From NCBI GenBank assembly GCA_964596525.1, contig CAZQUL010000001.1:204830-268829 (forward strand): a stretch of DNA of 64,000 nucleotides, read 5' to 3'. The position numbers were made by a program, and so were the translations under genes. The notes under the pieces are model-generated. The model was given only the letters and a program-made list of their open reading frames with translations. It made no database searches and was not told the DNA's origin. This DNA is from an uncultured Gammaproteobacteria bacterium (lineage in GTDB: Bacteria; Patescibacteriota; Patescibacteriia; Magasanikbacterales; GWA2-37-8). Of this stretch, positions 9,909 through 20,665 are shown in pieces (the stretch's first letter is position 1; each line of letters opens with the position of its first letter).

Positions 9909-10232
9909 TTACAAACCAAGGAGTTCGGACGACGGCGCTTGGCCGGAAATGTATGTTAAGCTAATAAGCCAGCGTTGATCATCGTCAGTGACGAGCTGGC
10001 GATGATACGCCATAAGGTGGACCGCCCCGGGCGAGATGGTATCGGAACCATATTCGTATGCTCCCTTAGGGACAATCTTTTGGCACAACGGGCAGATCCA
10101 CTTTCGATCCGATCGTCCGGAACTGTAGGCCGTAGCGAGGAGAGCAGCCGCGCGGCACGTGAGCCAGTCAATGCAGGCGCGGGCAGTGGTTGGAGCGGGA
10201 TTTTTCTTGAGAATGAAAAAACGTTCGGCCAT
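9909..10232 (-). CDS. hypothetical protein with a CxxC-type motif (WICPLCQK)
   Basis: ATG 10230-10232 with GAGGAAGGGGG RBS; terminator hairpin immediately 3' (9872-9900). Confidence 0.55.
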   Translation of the reverse strand: MAERFFILKKNPAPTTARACIDWLTCRAAALLATAYSSGRSDRKWICPLCQKIVPKGAYEYGSDTISPGAVHLMAYHRQLVTDDDQRWLISLTYISGQAPSSELLGL

Positions 10233-10353
10233 CACATCCCCCTTCCTCGAATCCACGAGAATCATACTAACTCCGACCGGGAAAAACTGTCAACTACGCG
10301 ATAAAATTTTTATGAAATGTAAAAAGAAGCTTCTCAGCTTCTTTTTTAATGTG

Positions 10354-10818
10354 TCATGATTTTTTTGGTTCTTGGTCGGCCAGAAGATGTTTTTTCTGCA
10401 ATCGATAACGATCAACGGCTTGAATCTGTTGGAGTGTTTTTTGAGCGGTTTCCCATACAGCAGCTTTCTGCGGGCTCAAACGACGAAGAATTTTGCCGAT
10501 CAGTCCTTCAAGATCGCCAATGCGCTTGAGAGCTTGATATTCCATGGCAGCACGTTTCGCTTCCCAGGCGTCCGCCGGACCATCCAAATGATTCCACAAA
10601 ACTTTGTTATCCAAATTACTCACCGCTTCAACATGAAGCTTGGCCAGATCACGATCGGCAGGCAACGCAAGATCCAGTGCGTCGTCGTCAGAAATTTCCG
10701 TTTCAACGGACGGAAGCGAAGTCGCGGCGAATTTTTCCAAATCAGCCCAGGAGTCGATGTCTTCGGGAAGTTCTGAATGCTCGGCGAAGGAGTGGGGGTT
10801 GGGGTGTTCCATATACAA
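10354..10818 (-). CDS. hypothetical acidic protein (154 aa)
   Basis: ORF track; no recognisable motif. Confidence 0.5.
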   Translation of the reverse strand: MYMEHPNPHSFAEHSELPEDIDSWADLEKFAATSLPSVETEISDDDALDLALPADRDLAKLHVEAVSNLDNKVLWNHLDGPADAWEAKRAAMEYQALKRIGDLEGLIGKILRRLSPQKAAVWETAQKTLQQIQAVDRYRLQKKHLLADQEPKKS

Positions 10819-10840
10819 AAGAGTAAGGGTTAGTCTTGAA

Positions 10841-11920
10841 TTATATCAAGTTTTTCCTCTTCTTGTTTATAGTCGACAGCTCTTTTTCGATGTTATCGAT
10901 AAACTTTTTTTCAGTATAACGATGAGCGGTGGTAATTGCTGCCGCTGATACTATATCCCTTTTTTCGTATGGAATGGCGGCTGCTTTTTTGATCGCGTGC
11001 CGAAGTGCTTTCACCGTCCTTTCCACAACAAAACAATTCTTTCCGTCACGCACAAAATCTCTAACACCACCGGAGTCGGTCGCGACGCATACAAGTCCGC
11101 TTGCCATAGCTTCGAGCAACGTGAGTCCAAAACCTTCTTCTTTGGAAAGATGGAAGAATACGTCGCACTTCCGATAAAGCGCAGCAAGCTCTTTATCGCT
11201 GCTTGGTTTATGAACTACGATCGTGCATCTACGGACCGGAGGAACCGGCCCTTGTGTCGTGACGTGGAGCTCGAAATTAATATCACGCAATCCTTGGCAT
11301 GCTTTAATAAGGATATCGAAACCTTTATTACGATTCATAACATTACCTACGAACAACAAACGCAACGGTTGAGTATTTAGCATCGGTCTCACTTTCTTTT
11401 TTGGAAAAAATACCGAAGTATCGACACACGGAGGGATGACAGCAGCTGAAATATTGAAACGATTTTTAAATAAAGTCCGCAGATACTGTGATGGGGTTAT
11501 AAGCTTGACACGTGAGGCGAAAGCTTGGAATGACAAATAGCTAAGAAATTTTAGAGATGATTGTTTAAATGTGTATGCTTCGTTGGCTTGAGCCAAAAAA
11601 ACGGTGGTCCCACGCCCAATGTTCGCAATGCACGGTAGAACGGTGAATACCCAGTTGGCAAGATAGATATCGGCCGGAGGAAGATTATCGGCCAATTTTT
11701 CAATTCCGTTTATAACAAATTTCTTGAGGTCCTTCTTACTGGTTTTGAAAGGAACCGTTATGAACTTGACGCGCGGTGAGAGCGAATAAAAAATGGGTGC
11801 TGAGCCTAGATTGATAATAGTAACTTTGTGTCCCCGCTTAACAAGAGCATTAGCGATGACCGTGAGCATACGATCACCACCGGTCGAGCCTAAACCGAAT
11901 GAAGGAATGGCAACATGCAT
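10841..11920 (-). CDS. glycosyltransferase, GT4 family
   Basis: EEGFGLTLLEAMASG GT4 signature; noticeably lower GC than neighbouring genes. Confidence 0.85.
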   Translation of the reverse strand: MHVAIPSFGLGSTGGDRMLTVIANALVKRGHKVTIINLGSAPIFYSLSPRVKFITVPFKTSKKDLKKFVINGIEKLADNLPPADIYLANWVFTVLPCIANIGRGTTVFLAQANEAYTFKQSSLKFLSYLSFQAFASRVKLITPSQYLRTLFKNRFNISAAVIPPCVDTSVFFPKKKVRPMLNTQPLRLLFVGNVMNRNKGFDILIKACQGLRDINFELHVTTQGPVPPVRRCTIVVHKPSSDKELAALYRKCDVFFHLSKEEGFGLTLLEAMASGLVCVATDSGGVRDFVRDGKNCFVVERTVKALRHAIKKAAAIPYEKRDIVSAAAITTAHRYTEKKFIDNIEKELSTINKKRKNLI

Positions 11921-12023
11921 AAGTTTTTAGAAATTCTATCGGTGTTATAGCATTTATCCTCTTTCCCATCCATACCAACCACAAATCCGCCCACCTCACG
12001 AGGAGGCGAACGGAGAAGGTAGC

Positions 12024-13445
12024 TTAGTTTAATCGGCAGGAACGCATGCGCGCCTGAACTTCGGCGTGCGTCCAATCGCGGATGAGCGAACCGTCTTCCC
12101 ACACCGTAACCATTTCGCACGGGAGACCAAGACGTTCGGCTTCTTCCACGGTGACGGTGCGCCAGAGACGGTTTTCACGAATGAGCGCGAGGCGGCCAGC
12201 CTTGGAGCGCTTTGTCGGATCGGTGATCGGATCTTTCATCACCGCGTGCCAGACACCATCGATCTTGACCGCACAGCACTTCATAGCGCACTTCTGCGTG
12301 TCGCGGTTGATCTTCTGCAAGAGCCCGCCACCCGAGCCGACGACGAGGTTGTCGGCCGACCAGCCATGCTCTTTGATGGCAGCGAGAAGGAGGCGCAGCA
12401 TGGCGATGTCGATACCATCGCCCTGAATGACGCGGATCTTGGGATGGAGCACGCGGTAGCCCTTGGCGTTAACGGTCCAGCCGTACGCGGCGCCAAGAAT
12501 CTCGAGCACGTCGACCACGACTTTCGGCGGGTAGCCGGAGTCCGGGCGCACGACGAGTACGCCGTCACGCGCAAGCACGTCGTCTTTGAGCGCTTTGCCC
12601 CAGATCTCGCGGCAGGCATGATAGATATCGTAGCTGTCGGAAACGATAGCGAGCGGCCCCGTGGGGTAGGCACGCAGGATGTGGCGATACGCGTCGATCT
12701 CGCGGTCGCGGCCCCAGGCGATGATGGTGGCATGCTCCGCCGCAGGGATGGAATCACCGGCCATCGGTTCGTGGTAGTAGTCGCGCAGGTAGGTAAGCGC
12801 CGGTATGGTATCGGTGCCGCGCGAGTTGATAAGGTGCGCGCCGCCGCCGATCATAGCCGACTCGATGGACGTAGACCCGCGCAAACCGAAGTCATGCACG
12901 CGCCATAAGATTAAGTTAGGATCTCCGGTCTCTTCGAGCGCTTGGCGGAATGCCTCGACCATTTCGCCGCTTACACCGCCCACGCCGGTCGGATACCAGG
13001 TGTGGCAGAAGATCGGCTCGAAATAGTTAGGGAGCCAGCTGAGCATTGGGTCGGTGTTGGCGACCGTAAAGAGCACGTTGTGGACAGGCAGGATCGTGCC
13101 TTCCTGCACCGCGCGGATGCGCAGCGGCAAACGGCCTTTACGTACATTGACGATATGATTCCACCCCGCTTCGTTAAATACGTCGCGGCTGTGAAAGTGG
13201 TCAGCGAAAAACTCGCGCGCCTCGATAACATGCTCGGGAAAAACCACTTCGCCAGTGAGATACTCTTTGAGCGAGTACTGTAGCCCGTGAAAGAGCGTAT
13301 CAGGAAACGCCCCACCCCGGCTTTCAAAGAACGACTCCATATGGGTCATGCCAGGCGGGGTCATCTTCCAGTGCGACACTTTGTAACTGTCAGTAAGGAG
13401 GATGGGGTTGCGGCGCTTGCGAGCGAACGAGCTGAAGCTCAGCAT
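12024..13445 (-). CDS. nadV: nicotinamide phosphoribosyltransferase (NAMPT/NadV)
   Basis: NPILLTDSYKVSHW N-terminal hallmark, RPDSGYP, IRVIQGDGI; about 470 aa as in NAMPT. Confidence 0.9.
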   Translation of the reverse strand: MLSFSSFARKRRNPILLTDSYKVSHWKMTPPGMTHMESFFESRGGAFPDTLFHGLQYSLKEYLTGEVVFPEHVIEAREFFADHFHSRDVFNEAGWNHIVNVRKGRLPLRIRAVQEGTILPVHNVLFTVANTDPMLSWLPNYFEPIFCHTWYPTGVGGVSGEMVEAFRQALEETGDPNLILWRVHDFGLRGSTSIESAMIGGGAHLINSRGTDTIPALTYLRDYYHEPMAGDSIPAAEHATIIAWGRDREIDAYRHILRAYPTGPLAIVSDSYDIYHACREIWGKALKDDVLARDGVLVVRPDSGYPPKVVVDVLEILGAAYGWTVNAKGYRVLHPKIRVIQGDGIDIAMLRLLLAAIKEHGWSADNLVVGSGGGLLQKINRDTQKCAMKCCAVKIDGVWHAVMKDPITDPTKRSKAGRLALIRENRLWRTVTVEEAERLGLPCEMVTVWEDGSLIRDWTHAEVQARMRSCRLN

Positions 13446-13658
13446 GACAGACTCCTTTTTCGGCCCGAGGCCGAGTTACTTCCTTCGTGGTGAAGGATAG
13501 TAAGTGTTATATATACACTTATAGAAGTGTGGTCAAATCGGAGGGTGGATAAGTTCCCACAGAACGCAGCGGCTAGCAGGTCTTCTAGTAAGGTATACAA
13601 AAATGAGACGAGGTCCATGCGCTCTACTCATTTTTTGAGACCAATAAAGCGAGGGCTG

Positions 13659-15236
13659 CTATTTTATAAAATTCAAGTCGACGTCAGGGACTTTAACAAA
13701 ATCAGGTAAAACCTCCCAAGGACGTGAACCTTTTTTATAAAGAAATCTACCGTTGCTTTCAATAACAACACCATTTTCACTCATCGCCACAAAGGGCGTG
13801 GTCGGAAGATCTTCGGTCATTGTTTTAAGAAAGTCGCGCGAAGTTCCAAAAGGAGATTGGCGCATAAACTGTGCAAGTGTTGCATACAGGCCCCTGTAAC
13901 TCACGGGAGTATCAACCGCGATACGCATACCTTCGGAACGTGTATTAAACCCCGGTCCAAAGAACTTGATAGCCGCCGGCACAAACGTGATGTTGGGCAA
14001 AGGAATATCACGGACGATGGTTGGCTGGAGCGCATTTCCTTGGAGGGCCGTGCCATGCTCCCCTACTACGACAACAACGGCTTTGCGACCTGAAGCTCTC
14101 AGCTCGGCGAAGAAACGTTCCACACTGTCCGTGAGGCGGCCAAGCGATTCGCGGTACACTGCCTGATGGGTTTTTTTCCACCACTCTTTTTCATTACCGT
14201 GCACTCCGGGATGCAGCGAAATAGAATTGTAGTACAGCGCGAGAGGGGCTGTGCTTGTCGCATACCGCGCAAGCCACGACGATAATACGGCGTGATCGTC
14301 GTAGACCCACGTATCGTCAAAGCTGGTACGCCGATCTTTTAACGAAGAAATATCCAACGGCTCGTCGATTTTACCCCATTCGCGCAACGTACGAGTGAAA
14401 TCAGAATATACTCCATCATGGTTAAAAGCAGCAGTCGTTGTATAACCTAAATTACGCCAGATCTCGAATGGATAGCAACGCTCAGAAGCAGGCTTAAACA
14501 GTTCATCGTGAGGAGTAAGACCGCATGTTCCCCGTAACAAACGCAGCGCGGCGGAATTACTATAGGAATCCGCGGAATTGAACCGGGTGAATACAATATC
14601 AAACTGACCGAAAAACGCATCGGTACTATGACCAACAACGTGAAAATCCTCCCATGCAAAAGAACAAAGTTGCAGAAGAATAATGTCAAAATCAGGGCGC
14701 GTTGGAGAAGCTAGCGGGACACTGCGATCTTTTTCGTCGGCAAAAAAAAGATTTAAACTCTCATCGGGAGATAGGGTGCGCATCGCGGGCGCTCCGGATT
14801 GGCTAACAACAGCTTGAGGTGCAAAAGGGATAGGGGTCGGTTTATCCAATAATTCAGATGAAATCTCTGATCTTGAAAAAAATGCGCCTCCACTAATAAC
14901 AACCAGACAGAGCACGCCCGCTACCGCGTAATAGCGGGCTAAGCGTGTGGTGGCAAGCAAAAAACAGCTCGTGAGTATAGTGAGCAGTGTGAGAACCGAC
15001 GTGAGGCTAAACAAACGGTAGACAAAGCTAAAAACAAACGAAGGCGAAAACCGCATGTTCTTATGGGCAACCAAACTCCACATCGTGCCAACCGAGGGAA
15101 GCCGACTTTCATACCACAAAAGCAGGAGGCCTGCTATGACCGCAAAGCAATGGCGCAGTGTTTCTGCCCGCGCACGACGGGGCCCGGCAATTGTCACAGG
15201 AAAGCCGACACCTAAGGCAAGAAATAGGATCATCAC
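13659..15236 (-). CDS. membrane-anchored alkaline-phosphatase-superfamily protein (sulfatase / phosphoethanolamine-transferase-like)
   Basis: N-terminal multi-TM region then a soluble domain with VVVVVGEHG, resembling the sulfatase/LtaS-type GDHG motif. Confidence 0.55.
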   Translation of the reverse strand: MMILFLALGVGFPVTIAGPRRARAETLRHCFAVIAGLLLLWYESRLPSVGTMWSLVAHKNMRFSPSFVFSFVYRLFSLTSVLTLLTILTSCFLLATTRLARYYAVAGVLCLVVISGGAFFSRSEISSELLDKPTPIPFAPQAVVSQSGAPAMRTLSPDESLNLFFADEKDRSVPLASPTRPDFDIILLQLCSFAWEDFHVVGHSTDAFFGQFDIVFTRFNSADSYSNSAALRLLRGTCGLTPHDELFKPASERCYPFEIWRNLGYTTTAAFNHDGVYSDFTRTLREWGKIDEPLDISSLKDRRTSFDDTWVYDDHAVLSSWLARYATSTAPLALYYNSISLHPGVHGNEKEWWKKTHQAVYRESLGRLTDSVERFFAELRASGRKAVVVVVGEHGTALQGNALQPTIVRDIPLPNITFVPAAIKFFGPGFNTRSEGMRIAVDTPVSYRGLYATLAQFMRQSPFGTSRDFLKTMTEDLPTTPFVAMSENGVVIESNGRFLYKKGSRPWEVLPDFVKVPDVDLNFIK

Positions 15237-15450
15237 CGGGTCGGCTTGGATAACGTTAAGTAGGTGCAGTACGGCCGTGAGTGAAAAATAAAAAAAACCA
15301 CCACGTGCTCCAGCCTATAGAACGCCGCGGCAGCTCAAAAATAATATGTTTCTTTTTATTCATAATGAACAAAAACGGAGATTGCATGTTCATCAAAACG
15401 TGGAGCGATTTTTTTGTACGTCGACACGTATCCCCGGCGGCGCTCAACCA

Positions 15451-15981
15451 TCACTCACGAGGTAATTGTGCCAGAGCGATAACGACCGCCTGTGCCAAAA
15501 TACGCTCCCGCGGAAACGCGCCATGCGTCAGCAGAGCGTGCGGATCCTGCGGATCGCCGCCGTACGTTTCGGTGAAGACTTTACCGATGGTGGTGGTTTT
15601 GAAATCACGTTTGATAGTTTCTTGGATGATATTTTTTGGAAAAATGATACCAGCGGAGTGCGCAGACGCTTCTTGCCCATCACGATTACGGACAATAACG
15701 ACGGCGTAGTCGAACCAACGATGATGCTCATCGGGACGAATACCGTTCTCGATGGCAACCCATAGATCGGCATCGGGTGCTGCATGTCCCACGGCGTCGA
15801 GACGATTTTTAGCGCCTTGCGTGGTTTCGCGATCGCCAAGCGGCTGCTCGTTAATACCTGACGCTGCTGTATAACCGGTGATTTCTACATCACCAAACCC
15901 GAGTTCGCGGCACGCTTCGGCAACGGCATTTATTTTCTGCTTGGCTTTCGAAGCGACGGCGATTTTTTTGTAGGTCGGCAT
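15451..15981 (-). CDS. inosine/xanthosine triphosphatase (YjjX/DUF84 non-canonical NTPase)
   Basis: SGINEQPLGDRETTQGAKNR...ADLWVAIENGI...ILAQAVVIALAQL aligns with E. coli YjjX. Confidence 0.8.
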   Translation of the reverse strand: MPTYKKIAVASKAKQKINAVAEACRELGFGDVEITGYTAASGINEQPLGDRETTQGAKNRLDAVGHAAPDADLWVAIENGIRPDEHHRWFDYAVVIVRNRDGQEASAHSAGIIFPKNIIQETIKRDFKTTTIGKVFTETYGGDPQDPHALLTHGAFPRERILAQAVVIALAQLPRE

Positions 15982-16065
15982 AAAAAAATATTTCTATACA
16001 TAAGCTTAGCATGTTTTTCATAAACAAAAAACCGCCACAACAGACGGCTTTTTGTAGTACTAGAT

Positions 16066-16854
16066 TTACTGCGGAAAACGGAGAGTTTTTTCCCAGGCAA
16101 GAACACGTTTAGTGCAATACTCACCGCTTGGAAGATAATCAAACGAACAGAGCGGTAGAGGAGCTGAGGCGTCAAAAATCGGCAAAGAAATAGAATTTGT
16201 TTCGAGTTCGAGCTCCGGTATAATTGGCGCGCCATCCGTACCGCGTGCAGCAGAAAAACTTTGACGGTTCGGCAGTCGAACAAGAACTCTTTCTTTGTCA
16301 TTCACGAGATCGAGTTCATATAGAAAACGCACTTCACCGTTCAGGTCCGGGCTTCCAAAGCCCAACACCATATCCATACCTACATAATCCGAACCACGCC
16401 ACCACGCACGGTAGGGAGTCTTCATTTTTGAAAACTGCCGACCATCAAGGCGGTACACCCACAACGCCACGTCTTTGTATACACCAGAATCTTTATCAAA
16501 GGATGTTTCGAGGAAGAACAGCAGGCGGTTGTTATAAGAAGAATGCCAGAACGAAAGCGTGCGCCCTGATGGAAGATCGATTTTTGGGAGATCTTCGACA
16601 TACGTTCCAGCTGACACGGAAGAATTGAAAAGATAGATCTTTTTTTGATCTTTATCTACAGCATAGCGAGGAAAAGATCCGACTTCTTTCAAGTTTAATT
16701 TTCCAAAATTAAACGATTCGTCCTGCAAACTGTTCGATGCCATGTCCATCTTAGTATCACCCGCGCCCGACACGGGCTTTTTTGCGCTCTGCTGAGCGCA
16801 ACCACTGACCACGATGAGCATGGCGAGCACTCCTCCTACCAACATTCGTTTCAT
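16066..16854 (-). CDS. hypothetical lipoprotein
   Basis: Signal peptide with lipobox VVSGC. Confidence 0.7.
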   Translation of the reverse strand: MKRMLVGGVLAMLIVVSGCAQQSAKKPVSGAGDTKMDMASNSLQDESFNFGKLNLKEVGSFPRYAVDKDQKKIYLFNSSVSAGTYVEDLPKIDLPSGRTLSFWHSSYNNRLLFFLETSFDKDSGVYKDVALWVYRLDGRQFSKMKTPYRAWWRGSDYVGMDMVLGFGSPDLNGEVRFLYELDLVNDKERVLVRLPNRQSFSAARGTDGAPIIPELELETNSISLPIFDASAPLPLCSFDYLPSGEYCTKRVLAWEKTLRFPQ

Positions 16855-17003
16855 AACGAAAGATAAAAAATAAAAACTTTAATTATTTTGCATGTAGTAT
16901 AACAGTTTCGACCATCTACCTGCGAACCGCGCAATTTGCCATACCCCGGGCAGCATGATACAACTCTACCGGCCTTTTACCCCCTTTGAGCCGGAGAAAA
17001 GCG

Positions 17004-17324
17004 ATGAAGCGAAACGTTCTATTTGTCATAGCCTGCGCCGCCTTAGGTGTTCAGTGCGGCCGACCCCCCTACCCCACCGACCCGATTGCCTGGTGCGCCG
17101 AAGTGATGGAAAAACCGGCAGCATCGTGCAATGTTACGACGGCAGACGGTGATCGTTTATGCGATCTCGTAATCACCGAATGCCCGAACACTGTCAGATG
17201 CGGCGACAGGGAATTGAAGATTAAACAGGTCAGCTACGCATTCTGCGAAAAGAGCGGTACCTGGCAGGTCTATGGACTGGAAACGTCGATCGGCGGCTGC
17301 ATGATAAAGCAGTGGTGCCTCTGA
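17004..17324 (+). CDS. small secreted Cys-rich protein
   Basis: ATG 17004 after GGAG; signal peptide MKRNVLFVIACAALGVQC; 9 Cys in the mature part. Confidence 0.55.
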   Translation: MKRNVLFVIACAALGVQCGRPPYPTDPIAWCAEVMEKPAASCNVTTADGDRLCDLVITECPNTVRCGDRELKIKQVSYAFCEKSGTWQVYGLETSIGGCMIKQWCL

Positions 17325-17498
17325 CAATCAACCCGCGGAGCTATGCTCATGCGGGTTTTTGATTGATAAAGCCACTCCTGGTAACGATAATAGGTGGCTG
17401 GACATTACAGAGGGAATCTTTAATCGTCAACAACATTCTCTGTACTTACAAAAACATCGGCTCCCAAAATGCCGATGTTTTTGCTTACTAAAGCTTTT

Positions 17499-17729
17499 TT
17501 ACCGGCGGTAGACCATGCCGGTACGGCTATCAAGAATATAAAGCCCACCCTCGTCTGAAAACGGTTTGAAACGGTTGAATTTTGCCTGCCAGACGATAGC
17601 GATGGCTATGATTAATGCCGCCGCAACGAGACACAGACCGAGAAACTTAAGCCCTTCTAAAGCAAAAAATTGGGCTGGTAATCCTTTTCTTTCTTCCCCC
17701 GTCGGAAGAGGTGAGGAAACAGGTTCCAT
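17499..17729 (-). CDS. small single-TM protein (weak call)
   Basis: ORF track, trimmed to an internal M to avoid overlap with 17740..18555; no RBS seen. Confidence 0.3.
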   Translation of the reverse strand: MEPVSSPLPTGEERKGLPAQFFALEGLKFLGLCLVAAALIIAIAIVWQAKFNRFKPFSDEGGLYILDSRTGMVYRR

Positions 17730-17739
17730 AGGTATGAAA

Positions 17740-18555
17740 TTAAGATACAACATGTTCCGCGAGCGGACGCTTGCGTTTGCGTATGGCGAGAGAGCACAAC
17801 ACAAGCACAATTGTGCCCATAAGGGCACTAGCGGCCGCTACCATTACCCGATTATTTCCGGTGGTCAGATTAATCACTAGAATTCCATGGAGCGCCCACA
17901 TAACCGCAAGAGCGTACACGAGCGCACCGCGAGTAAACAGTATGATTATAAGGGCTACCGCGCCGTCAAGCAGGAGCAGTACGAGTGAGAGCACCGTGGA
18001 AGAACCGAAACCACGTTGCGCCAAAACAGAAGAAACGTTTACAAACGTGGCGTTAGTGATCCATCCGGCGAGAAGAGCGATGGGAGCGTAGACAAGCCAC
18101 AGCTCGCGGGAGGTGCGGCGATTAGGGAATCGTGCGATACGGACAAGAGCGGTAACGGAACAGACCAAGACGCCGATGATGATAACAAGGGTAGGCCAAT
18201 TGAAACTGAGGAGCTGGGTAACTAACCCCCATAGCGTATTGAAGAAAAAAGCTCCGGCAGTAAGAAACCCGATACGGCGCAGCAGGTCATTACTGGCCTG
18301 CGCTGGCATGGCCTGATAGATAGCATATCCGAGGCACAAGAGATAAATCGGACCCCAAATTGAAAATGTATAACCCACAGGAATAAGAGGCGTGGGAAAC
18401 GCGTTCGACTGCACAGCAATACTCGTACCCACGCCAAAGAGCGGCGTAAAAAATCCGGCCACGACTTGAGTGATTGAAAAAATAACGTTCAATATTCTAC
18501 GAAGTGTGTCGGAAGTTGTGATGGTCATAGGCACATGGTGTGGGTATGGTGGCAC
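17740..18555 (-). CDS. integral membrane protein, multi-TM, unknown family
   Basis: ORF track; about 7 predicted hydrophobic helices. Confidence 0.6.
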   Translation of the reverse strand: MPPYPHHVPMTITTSDTLRRILNVIFSITQVVAGFFTPLFGVGTSIAVQSNAFPTPLIPVGYTFSIWGPIYLLCLGYAIYQAMPAQASNDLLRRIGFLTAGAFFFNTLWGLVTQLLSFNWPTLVIIIGVLVCSVTALVRIARFPNRRTSRELWLVYAPIALLAGWITNATFVNVSSVLAQRGFGSSTVLSLVLLLLDGAVALIIILFTRGALVYALAVMWALHGILVINLTTGNNRVMVAAASALMGTIVLVLCSLAIRKRKRPLAEHVVS

Positions 18556-18655
18556 ACGAACAGCAAGAGTACAACAGCGCTGGTGATTAACTCTCTAAAA
18601 AATCCTGGAGCACTTTACCGAAAAACGAAAACAGTGCATGAAGCACTGTTGTTGG

Positions 18656-19240
18656 CTAGTGATGAGCGAGCGGCTGACGGGCGGGAAGGTGGGGAATCGT
18701 TCGACCACTCTTCTTTGGCAGCACAACCACCGGATAATGTCTGCGGAAGACCGCAAGGATCTCAGCGACTCGTTGCGAATCGAGTCGCTTGCCAACCTCA
18801 ACCGAAGCGGCGAGCGGCGATCGTCTGTGCCACGGTTCGTCTGTGATGAGGAGCAAGAAGCACTGGTCTTTTGTGGCTCGTAGGCCGTACCAACCGTTCG
18901 GTTCGGCAAGCTCGCCCGAGCTGCCAGGGGCCAACGTTAAACGGGCATCGACCGGTGGCTCGCTGTTGTCCGCCAGGCTGTTGCCGATGAGCAGCTGGGC
19001 GGTACCGACGACCAGCTTAAACGCCGATGGCCAAGGATTCGGAGCGAAAACGATGTCGCCCGGGCGGCACGTGTGGGCACACTGCAGGTAAACGAAAAAT
19101 TCGTTCCAGCGCCTGAAGACCTGTTCTACAACAGGCGCATGATTCTTAAGGAGCATACTTCTCCAGGACTCATCGTCGGCGAGCAGGTGCGGCAGCTCGA
19201 GCTCCATCGCTTCAAGATTCTTGAGAAGAGAAACGCTCAT
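18656..19240 (-). CDS. hypothetical protein (194 aa)
   Basis: ORF track only. Confidence 0.45.
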   Translation of the reverse strand: MSVSLLKNLEAMELELPHLLADDESWRSMLLKNHAPVVEQVFRRWNEFFVYLQCAHTCRPGDIVFAPNPWPSAFKLVVGTAQLLIGNSLADNSEPPVDARLTLAPGSSGELAEPNGWYGLRATKDQCFLLLITDEPWHRRSPLAASVEVGKRLDSQRVAEILAVFRRHYPVVVLPKKSGRTIPHLPARQPLAHH

Positions 19241-19342
19241 GGCTCAACTCCTTTGTTTGACGTGGGGCAGGTGTGCCCGCAACTTTGTTACCCTATGCCT
19301 AGGATTAGCATGGGGCAAGGAGAAAGGTGCATAACCCATTCA

Positions 19343-19672
19343 TCACTTCTTAGGATACTTAGCATCGAGCTGTGCAAGGAGCGCGGCTGCTTTTTCCGGA
19401 TCAAGCATGCGTAAAATCCCATCCAGCTTCTCTTCGGTCCGCTCTTGGGCTTCTTTGGATTGCGGCGAGCCGACACACCAAAGAATGGCCAGCCCCGCAA
19501 CCTGCCAAACGAGTTGTAAAAATTCCGATTGCCAATTTTCGAGCGTATCACGTCCAACCTCAATAAAAAATTCTTTGATAACAATTGGCGCACCATGTAT
19601 ATTCTGTTCGTCGCGGTACGCAAGCCAAGCGAGCGTCCAGTGGCCGAACAAGCTGCCGAAAAAAAAGAGCAA
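19343..19672 (-). CDS. hypothetical small membrane protein (weak)
   Basis: ORF track; charged C-terminus; start uncertain. Confidence 0.3.
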   Translation of the reverse strand: MLFFFGSLFGHWTLAWLAYRDEQNIHGAPIVIKEFFIEVGRDTLENWQSEFLQLVWQVAGLAILWCVGSPQSKEAQERTEEKLDGILRMLDPEKAAALLAQLDAKYPKK

Positions 19673-19722
19673 TTAAAAACACCACACGGATTATTGGCCG
19701 TGCGGTGTTTTCTACGATGGAT

Positions 19723-20559
19723 TTACTTTAAATTCTTTCTTAAGAATTCCACGGTCTTTCCCCACGCGTCTTTGGTTTCATCCGGAGCATAATTCGCACC
19801 CGACGGATTGGCAAAGGCATGGCCGACGCCCGGATAAATATAGATATCATTCTCGACGCCAAGGGTATTGAGTGACGTTTCGAACTGTTTCACCATGGTG
19901 ACAGGAATAGCTTGGTCTTTGTCACCGAAGATACCGAGTACCGGCCATTTGATAGGCGCAAGGCGTTGCGTGGTTGTCGCCATACCGCCACCGTAGTACA
20001 CGACGGTCGCATCGAGCTTCTCGCCCGAAACGGAAAGTTCGACCGATTGACGACCGCCAAAGCACCAGCCGAGACTCGCCATTTTCGAAGCGCCATTGTC
20101 GCGCAGGAATTTCGCCGCCGCGCGCATGTTTTCGACACCTTTCTTCTGGTCAAATTTCGCGGTCAATTCACGCGCACCGTTCTGGTCTTCGGCTACGCCG
20201 CCCAAGAGATCGACCGCAAGAACAAGATAGCCTTCTTTGGCGAGCTCCTCGGCCATTTTCTTAATTTCGGGACGCAAACCACGATTTTCATGGATCATCA
20301 CGACGCCCGGATACTTTCCTTCTGCTTTCGGGCGGGCGAAGTAACCTTTCGCGCCGGAGAAATACTCCACGTCCGCTTGAGTGGTGATTTCTCTTGTGCT
20401 CGTGCTAAGAAGCAGATCAATATTTTTAGCATCGGCGGTGGAGGCAGAAGCAGGCGACGGAGTTGAAGTGGATACCGGAGCTGGAGAAGGCGTGTGCGAG
20501 CAGCCGGCCACCGTGATAAGAAGGAAAAATAGAGCTACGACGAAAAATGATGTGGGCAT
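19723..20559 (-). CDS. dienelactone-hydrolase-family lipoprotein (alpha/beta hydrolase)
   Basis: Lipobox TVAGC; GWCFGG nucleophile elbow; DLH-like spacing of the His (GVGHAF). Confidence 0.85.
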   Translation of the reverse strand: MPTSFFVVALFFLLITVAGCSHTPSPAPVSTSTPSPASASTADAKNIDLLLSTSTREITTQADVEYFSGAKGYFARPKAEGKYPGVVMIHENRGLRPEIKKMAEELAKEGYLVLAVDLLGGVAEDQNGARELTAKFDQKKGVENMRAAAKFLRDNGASKMASLGWCFGGRQSVELSVSGEKLDATVVYYGGGMATTTQRLAPIKWPVLGIFGDKDQAIPVTMVKQFETSLNTLGVENDIYIYPGVGHAFANPSGANYAPDETKDAWGKTVEFLRKNLK

Positions 20560-20665
20560 ACATTGAAAATTAGGAACAAAGTTATCATAACGTATTTTGG
20601 GCGATCAGTATACCAAAAATTTTTTCATCAAAAATCCAGATGTCCCCATCTGGATTTTCATTCGC

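Noticed and set aside
12066-12908. 280-aa plus-strand ORF and other frames overlapping the NAMPT gene
   Set aside because: Antisense or shadow ORFs of a confidently identified gene; no RBS and no motif.
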